A DNA stretch of 32,625 nucleotides from a virus (taxonomy: Duplodnaviria; Heunggongvirae; Uroviricota; Caudoviricetes). The position numbers and the translations under genes are program-made. Each line of letters opens with the position of its first letter. Position 1 is the stretch's first letter. Below are positions 26,110 through 32,625 of the stretch, in pieces. The notes beneath the pieces were generated by a model, which saw only the letters and a program-made list of their open reading frames with translations, did not search any database and was not told the DNA's origin. Where the stretch lies: IMG/VR virus record IMGVR_UViG_3300028601_000019, positions 132,130 through 164,754 of that record; one strand, given 5' to 3'.

Positions 26110-27495
26110 CTAACCCCCAAAGTTAAAATTTTCTGAAAGGTAATAAAGAATTTCTTCCTTATCATTAATAAGATATTTATCATAAACAGCTTCAAGTGTA
26201 AACCTCAAAGCGTCACCAACTATTCTCCCCGGCCTCAAATTAAATCTTTCAATCAAATCATTTCCATTAACTTTCAAATCTTTGATTGAAAAAACGGAAT
26301 CTTCTTTAGTAGTGAAAAGTTCTTCATATGTCAAAAGAATATTTTTAATCTCACCAAATTTAAAATTGGGTTTGTTAAGATTTCCTGCCCTATCTGCAAG
26401 CTTCAATCTTGTATGAGCACGATAGTTAATTCCATGCTCTTGAAAAGCTCTGATCATCTTCCTAACGCTCTTTTCCCCGCCATGAGTATTATTTCTCATG
26501 TGAAGTTTTACATAAGCAGCAATCTTATCAATGATTTCATTAGAAAACTTAAGATCTTTAAGTTCCTTTCTAACTATTTTTTCCCCAACATATTCATGAC
26601 CAATGAAAGTTCTTTCAACTTTATCATACACATGATACTTTCCAATATCATGAAGATAACCAGAAAGTTTCAAAACAGGACATCTTGTTGAAATGAAGTC
26701 ACCAGCAATCATCATGTGTTGAAACAAATCTTCCTTATGATGTGGTCCACCATCATGAAATACACATCTATCAAGAGTAGGAAAGATATCCTTTAGTAGT
26801 CCACAATCCAAAAGAACTGTAAAAAACCAAGAAGCTTTTTTAATCTTCATTGCCTTAAGAATCTCTTTAGAAATCCTTTCTTTGGCAATGTATTGGAACA
26901 AATGTATAGATTCTCTAATTGCTCTTTCAGTTTCAAAAGACAAAACAGCATTCATCTTTGCAGCGAACCTTGCAACACGAATCATTCTATTTGGATCTTC
27001 CTTAATGCGTTCAAAAGGATCACCAACAAAAGAAATGAGGTTTTGATTTATATGATTTCTTCCATTAAAAGGATCAACAATTTTTCCATCATTCTTACTA
27101 ACATTATACGCCAAAGCTGATATAGTTAAATCACGTCTAGCCAAATCCTCGGTTATTGTTTCACAAAACGTTATATTGACATCTTTATTGTTACCATTTT
27201 TAGCATAATGATCACCTCTAAATGTCGCTATTTCAATACCATCACATATTATTATCCCAAAAGATTTTCCAACTTCATCTATTTTGGAAGCGGGTAACTC
27301 TTTACTTAAAATATGTTTTATTTCTTCTGGATGAAGATTTGTTGCTATGTCATAATCGTTTGGTTTTATGCCAACTATAAAATCTCTAACCGCACCACCA
27401 ACCACATATACCTCTTCACTATATTTAGAAAGAGCATTAATTATAATCTTCTCTTTTTTAGGGATTGTGTAGTAAAAAGTTTTAAAATCTGTCAT
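26110..27495 (-). CDS. cca: CCA-adding tRNA nucleotidyltransferase with HD domain
   Basis: YVVGGAVRD, DYDIAT, EIATFR, EDLARRDLTI, EDPNRMIR, ERI, LHDIGK. Confidence 0.9.
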   Translation of the reverse strand: MTDFKTFYYTIPKKEKIIINALSKYSEEVYVVGGAVRDFIVGIKPNDYDIATNLHPEEIKHILSKELPASKIDEVGKSFGIIICDGIEIATFRGDHYAKNGNNKDVNITFCETITEDLARRDLTISALAYNVSKNDGKIVDPFNGRNHINQNLISFVGDPFERIKEDPNRMIRVARFAAKMNAVLSFETERAIRESIHLFQYIAKERISKEILKAMKIKKASWFFTVLLDCGLLKDIFPTLDRCVFHDGGPHHKEDLFQHMMIAGDFISTRCPVLKLSGYLHDIGKYHVYDKVERTFIGHEYVGEKIVRKELKDLKFSNEIIDKIAAYVKLHMRNNTHGGEKSVRKMIRAFQEHGINYRAHTRLKLADRAGNLNKPNFKFGEIKNILLTYEELFTTKEDSVFSIKDLKVNGNDLIERFNLRPGRIVGDALRFTLEAVYDKYLINDKEEILYYLSENFNFGG

Positions 27496-27518
27496 AATTT
27501 AAACCCCTAAATTATTTT

Positions 27519-27571
27519 TATAAATAGTTATTATAAACGGTGTAAGAACAATTGGTAGTTGTTCTTACACC
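27519..27571 (+). promoter_or_regulatory. late promoter followed by a 15-bp hairpin in the HNH leader
   Basis: TATAAATA 27519-27526; GGTGTAAGAACAATT-GGT-AGTTGTTCTTACACC 27539-27571; AGGAG SD downstream. Confidence 0.7.
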
Positions 27572-27602
27572 TAAACACAACTTTGTATAGGAGTACAAAA
27601 TC

Positions 27603-28646
27603 ATGTCTATAGATATTTATTCAATTCTTTCATCAATTCCACACAATCCGCATTACTTAGAAAGATATATCAAATTCATCAAAGGATGTAAACAGAAAAA
27701 TCTCATTCTTGAGGGGTATTCTGAATATCACCATATTTGCCCAAGAAGTCTATTTCCTAAATATGAATCTTTATCAAAGAACAGATGAAATGGCATACAT
27801 TTAACAGCAAGACAACATTTCATTGCTCATTGGATATTGTGAAAAACTTACAAATCTGCAAAAATGTGCTATGCTTTTATGATGATGTGTAATTTTAAAA
27901 ATCATAAAATATCTTCAGTGGTTTATGAAAAGTTGAAAATTAATAACTCGTTGCATACTTCTAAAAGAACTTCTGGCGAAAATAATCCTATGCATGGAAA
28001 GAATCATTCAAATGAAACTAAACAAAAAATTAGTAAAAGCAGATTAGAAGTTATATTGATAAATAATATACAAATTACAAAAGCCAAATTTTATCGTTCA
28101 ACTTGGGAATATTCTGATGAGTATCTACGAAAATTATCTATCAGAATGTCTGGGTATAACAACCCATCAAAAAATCCAAATATTCTTCAAAAAATTAGAA
28201 ATACCAAATCATCAACTTTTATTGATGGGAAAAATTTGGACTCGATCGGCACTGAACGAGCAGCCGATACTATGAAAAAAGAATTTATAAATGAATCTGG
28301 TGAACACACAACAATATATAAAGAAAATGGCAAAAAACTTTCTAATACTTTGTTACAGATTGAAAGTAATGGAAAAACAAAGGCATATAACAAAAACAAA
28401 TTAATCCATGAAAAATTAAGACAAAAAGGTAAATGATATAAAGTAAAAAACGTATTTGATTCAACATATGAAGAAATTTTGGCTGCGGCAGAAGTTAGAA
28501 ATATTAGTCCTGGACTCGAAAAATGCACAAAAGAAAAATATTTAGGAAAATCTGAATATGGTAAAACTATGTTTAGAATTAAAAATAAAGAACATCTTAT
28601 AGGATTATATGTGGAATTAATAGAAGATCCAAGTATTTTGTGTTAA
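27603..28646 (+). CDS. HNH homing endonuclease with NUMOD3-like motif (347 aa), three in-frame TGA
   Basis: EYHHICPRS...NR*NGIHLTARQHFIAHWIL*KTY; GENNPMHGKNHSNETKQKIS; KGK*YKV; one frame from ATG 27603 to TAA 28646. Confidence 0.88.
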
Positions 28647-28935
28647 TTGTTTCTGCATATTCAATTACACAGTTCTTATCAGAGTTTCCAAAGTAATGAT
28701 CTTTTCTATAGGTAGCAACTTCAATTTCACCTACACGAACAACCTTAAAAGCTTCACCACAATAAACAACCTTATGAGAAGTTTTGAAAATTTCAAAAAT
28801 CTCTTCGGGTTTTGCATTGGTTGTAATGTCATAATCGTCAGGAATGATGCCCATGATTTCATCACGAACACAACCGCCAACGTAATAACATTCAAATCCT
28901 GCTTCTATGATCTTCTGTGTAATTTCTTTATGCAT
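28647..28935 (-). pseudogene. 5' fragment of a second, divergent CCA-adding enzyme truncated at the HNH gene boundary
   Basis: YYVGGCVRD, DYDITT, EVATYRKDHY; similarity to the full copy ends at YAETI, at the HNH stop codon, just before the EDLxRRD motif. Confidence 0.8.
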
Positions 28936-29134
28936 TAAGGGTTCCTATCGTCCTCTACAGCGTTGGCTTCTCTTTTTTCTACCCACGCAATAAATTCTAC
29001 AAGGTTCATTGTACCATCAACAATATCAGCATAAATCTCAACCAATTCCATATCCATAATATACCTCTATTGGTTATATTAGTGTTTTGATGATTAAGAA
29101 ATATCAAAATTTTGAAATTATGTAAACACCTATT

Positions 29135-29347
29135 TTAATAATCTATTGCCGACCTCAAATACTGCCCTATATGTTGTTTACTAATTTCTTCCTTCATAGA
29201 AGTTCTAAATTTATATTCACTTGTAAAAAATTTTTCTTCCTCAGTGTAAATATTAATAACTTTGAACCATTCTTCAACTTCTCCATGATTTCCTTTCTGT
29301 CGAAAATGAGTAAAAACACAATCGCCTAATCTAAATGATTTTAACAT
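29135..29347 (-). CDS. hypothetical protein
   Basis: GGAG SD; plausible composition. Confidence 0.65.
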   Translation of the reverse strand: MLKSFRLGDCVFTHFRQKGNHGEVEEWFKVINIYTEEEKFFTSEYKFRTSMKEEISKQHIGQYLRSAIDY

Positions 29348-29442
29348 ATTTTACTCCAAATCAAAATATTCTTTAGATTCATTTTTCTTTGAAGAACATT
29401 GATGTTTTAATGAATTTTTCATTGACTTCCTCTTAATTTGAA

Positions 29443-30723
29443 ATTTAGTCAAAAACAAAATTATTTTTCTATAAATAGATATATAATATTAAAATTAGGT
29501 TGTAAACAAATGATTAGATCATCCAAGCACATTTTGAAGTATCAGACTGGTTCCAAGACGAAAGTCTTGAACCAGCTCTTTGACGACTTCAGAACAGACT
29601 TGTCTTGGTACATTGATCTGATCATTTCTGGAAAATTGCCACTCACCAAGTTTATGTCTTCCAAGGACCTGCCTTCAGGGATCATTTCTCATTCCCAATG
29701 GAAACAAATTCTATACAAGACAGCATCTGAAATAGTCAGGTCTCAATACAAACAAGCATCTAATAGACGATTCAAGCACTACAAGAAACTATTTCATAAG
29801 TGTATTACTGCAAATAAACATTGTTCTTTCACTGGCAAAAGATTTAGTGAATTGAACCTCAAGCCAATTCATCAATCAAAATTCTTTAGTAAGCCAGATT
29901 TGAAGAATTTTTCAATCACACTAGATTCAAGACTGATTGACTTTCAATATGGTCTGCATTTCGATGAATTTGTAAGAATCAAGACTCCATTGTTTCACGA
30001 GCATAAGAAACGTGCCATTACAATCAATATTCCAATTAAACATCATAAGCATAGTAGAAAATTCGATTCTTGGGAAAGAAAGAACTCAGTTCGATTGACA
30101 CTAAAGAATGGGGTCATGAATCTTGAATTGATCTATGAGAAAGATGCACCAGCACTAAAGACTCAGGGCTCTGTTCTTGGAATTGATCAAGGCTACAAGA
30201 AACTAATGTCATGTTCTGATGGAACATTTCTGGACTCCGAGATGGAATCAATCTATAAATTCATTTCAAACAAAAAACAAGGCTCCAAATCCTTCAAGAG
30301 AGCGCTGGTTCATAGAACAAATGAAACGAATCGAATTTGCAATTCACTAGATCTTTCTGGTGTCAAAGAGCTTGTGGTCGAAGACCTCAAGAACCTAAAA
30401 CATAAGACAAAATTGTCAACAAATTTTATGAACAAGATGCAGCGCTGGGTTTACCCAGCAGTATTAAGCAAATTGGAATCCTTGGCTGAAATGAACGGTG
30501 TTCATTTCACTAAAGTGAATCCTGCTTATACTTCGCAGACGTGTTCTAATTGCGGATGTGTGGACCCTGAGTCTCGCCAAGGCGAAGACTTCAGGTGTCT
30601 TCACTGTGGCCATGAAATTGATGCTGACTGAAATGCATCAATCAACATTGCCCGTTTGGGAATTTATAGTTCCCAAAGTCCAAAAAGCTAATTTCATTGT
30701 TCTTCATTGAAATTAGTAACTAT
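29443..30723 (+). mobile_element. non-autonomous TnpB-only element (IS200/IS605- or IS607-derived)
   Basis: No transposase; opposite strand to flanking genes; 3' hairpin CTAATTTCA/TGAAATTAG; removing 29443-30723 restores a 54-aa minus-strand ORF. Ends are inferred. Confidence 0.7.
29510..30691 (+). CDS. tnpB: RNA-guided endonuclease TnpB (393 aa), one in-frame TGA
   Basis: RuvC-I LGIDQG, RuvC-II VVEDL, PAYTSQTCSNCG, CLHCG, RuvC-III DAD*NASINI; TATAAATA at 29470-29477. Confidence 0.92.
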
Positions 30724-30810
30724 ATGCACATGCAGGGCAATCAATTTCTAGCAATGCTATTTCTTCTACAACATCTTCAATGTAGTCGTTTATCATAATG
30801 CTTCTCCAAT

Positions 30811-30837
30811 AAAAAGAAGGGGAACTTAATCCCCTTC
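30811..30837 (-). terminator. intrinsic terminator
   Basis: GAAGGGGA / TCCCCTTC stem plus T5 on the minus strand. Confidence 0.7.
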
Positions 30838-30839
30838 CA

Positions 30840-31322
30840 TTAACGAATCTTTACCAAAACTCTTACATGAAGTCTCTGGATATTATATCCACCGGCAAGA
30901 ATTGTTTCTATTTCGATGTACTTTGTTCCCTTATCTGTGTTGATGATATAAGTTCCATTATAACCATCAGAAGTCTGACTCCACTTTTCTTCAAGAACCT
31001 CAGTTACTTCTACCTTGGAAAGCTTGTTTGCAATTGAAAGATTTCTCTTCTTTGCTGTTACTTCACAATTCTTGGTCATCATCTCAAGAATATCTGCTTC
31101 AGATCTTCCATCAATCATATTGTACCAACCCTTACCACCAGCAATAGCATGAAGCTTTTCATACTTCTTCCAAAGATTCATGCCCTTAACTTCATCAGAA
31201 GCATAAAAACTTCTAATAGCATCTCGGCGTTCAAGGATCCATCTCTTAGAATCTTCGAGAATCTTTTCATCGATAGGAGCAAGGATTTCTTCAAGCTTTG
31301 TAATGATGGAGTTAGTAGACAT
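30840..31322 (-). CDS. conserved-looking phage early protein of unknown function
   Basis: C-terminal IETILAGGYNIQRLHVRVLVK; follows promoter copy 4. Confidence 0.8.
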   Translation of the reverse strand: MSTNSIITKLEEILAPIDEKILEDSKRWILERRDAIRSFYASDEVKGMNLWKKYEKLHAIAGGKGWYNMIDGRSEADILEMMTKNCEVTAKKRNLSIANKLSKVEVTEVLEEKWSQTSDGYNGTYIINTDKGTKYIEIETILAGGYNIQRLHVRVLVKIR

Positions 31323-31329
31323 TTTGTTT

Positions 31330-31390
31330 TCCTTGGTTATTTTGTTGTTGTGTTAAGATCAGAATATAAAAACAACCAAGGAATGTACAC
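31330..31390 (-). promoter_or_regulatory. early-type promoter with conserved leader (copy 4)
   Basis: GTGTACA-N17-TATTCT-GATCTTAACACAACAACAA. Confidence 0.7.
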
Positions 31391-31408
31391 TACTTTTTTA
31401 ATTAAATT

Positions 31409-32625
31409 TTAACTTTTGTTCTTTTTGTAGTAGATGTGGTCCTTAATTTTTTGTTTACAATAGTTTAAATTGTAGTCCTCACCGTCTGAAGATCAAATTT
31501 TTATTAAATAAAATCCTCTATTTATAGCATGAGCAGTCTTTTTCATATCTTTGTGATACACGGTATTAGAATCTTCTTTTGAGAACGGAGATTTCCACAT
31601 ATCCCATTTTTCTTTGTCTTCTTTTAACCACTTCGGGTTTGGATGAAAGGCCTCCCCATTATATTCTATAATGATTTTGAATTTTGGAATAGTGAAATCG
31701 TAAAAATATATTTCTTGATCCCGTATAAACCACTCCGTACTTCCCTTTATTCCCACATAAATTTCATCAAATGTACAAATTTCTTCTTCTAACAACCAAT
31801 CCATTAATGGAAAGAACACATTCATTGATTCCTTTGATGCATCATTGAAGTTTACTTGTGATTTTTCTATTCATAAAAAGTATTTTTCTTTACCTTCCTT
31901 CTCACCATACTTATCTATGAAAAAATTTAGATCATGTGAACACCCATCACAGTACTTTTTATATTTTTCTTTACCTTCCTTCTCACCATATCTTTTAATA
32001 AAATTCTCTTGTGTGTTTCCATAACTTTTACAATTTTTATTGTATAATTCTGTTCCTTTATCTTCACCATATTTGTTAATATAGTACTCAAGATTCCCAT
32101 TGCCTTTAGTGTTTTTGGATATATTTTCACATCTTTTATTATATAAGTTCACCCCTTCTTCTTCTCCATATCTGGCAATAAAGGACTCCTTAGAGGTTGA
32201 AGATTTTTTACAAATTTCTATATATTTTTTAGTCCCTTCTTCTTCACCAAGTTTTTCAATTTGGTATTCAAGAGTGCCCTTTCCCTTGCGACCTTTTGAT
32301 ACATTTTCAGAAAATGTATCAAAACGTATAGTACCCTCTTCCTCTCCATATTTTTTAATGAAGTTTTCTAAAGATGGACAGGGCTTTCCTTTAACAGATT
32401 TAGAAATATTTTTCTTTCTTTCTAAATATAATCTATTTCCTTCTTCTTTGCCATATCTAATTTCATAAAACTCTATTGTTGATACTTTAGTGTTATTACA
32501 TATTTTGCAAATTTTTTTATATTCGAAATTCTTTGGATCAAATTCTGTAAAATTTTCACAGTTGCTCATTGAGCAACAATTTTCATCATGTTTCAAAATA
32601 AAAGCATCATAATACTCTTTTAATG
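31409..32625 (-). CDS. Hef-like homing endonuclease with KYGEEEG repeats and C-terminal Vsr/DUF559-like domain; 5' end outside window; two in-frame TGA
   Basis: About seven (K/R)YGxEEG repeats; YFL*IEKS joins tracked ORFs 31871..32596 and 31493..31825; SKES, FYDFTI..IIIEYNGEAFH, D..K, IKI*SSD to TAA at 31409. Confidence 0.85.

Overview
AT-rich segment of a large T4-like (jumbo-type) phage genome, with almost all genes on the minus strand. It encodes an Rnl1-type RNA ligase, a GH108 endolysin with a holin-like gene, a family B DNA polymerase (gp43-like), a gp32-like SSB, Hsp20, a CCA-adding enzyme, five tRNAs plus two tRNA-like structured RNAs, several homing-type nucleases and a stand-alone TnpB element. 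The main observation is a split genetic code. No credible gene ends in TGA, and 23 in-frame TGA codons in 9 genes fall largely at Trp-type positions (TGA=Trp). They occur only in lysis genes, nucleases, TnpB, gp32 and one small gene, and 8 of the 9 lie in units behind a T4 late-type TATAAATA motif, while long early/middle genes use TGG only. Other notable systems: a beta-glucosyltransferase + CofD/YvcK-HAD fusion + NTP-transferase DNA-modification cluster next to the polymerase; three FVSNSSSSSF-motif paralogs beside a radical SAM/SPASM enzyme; a three-copy covarying hairpin array ahead of a TerD-fusion gene; a nuclease ORF framed by the ends of a tRNA-Asn; a phage pilin; and a LapG-like protease. 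All family calls come from reading motifs by eye; no searches were run.
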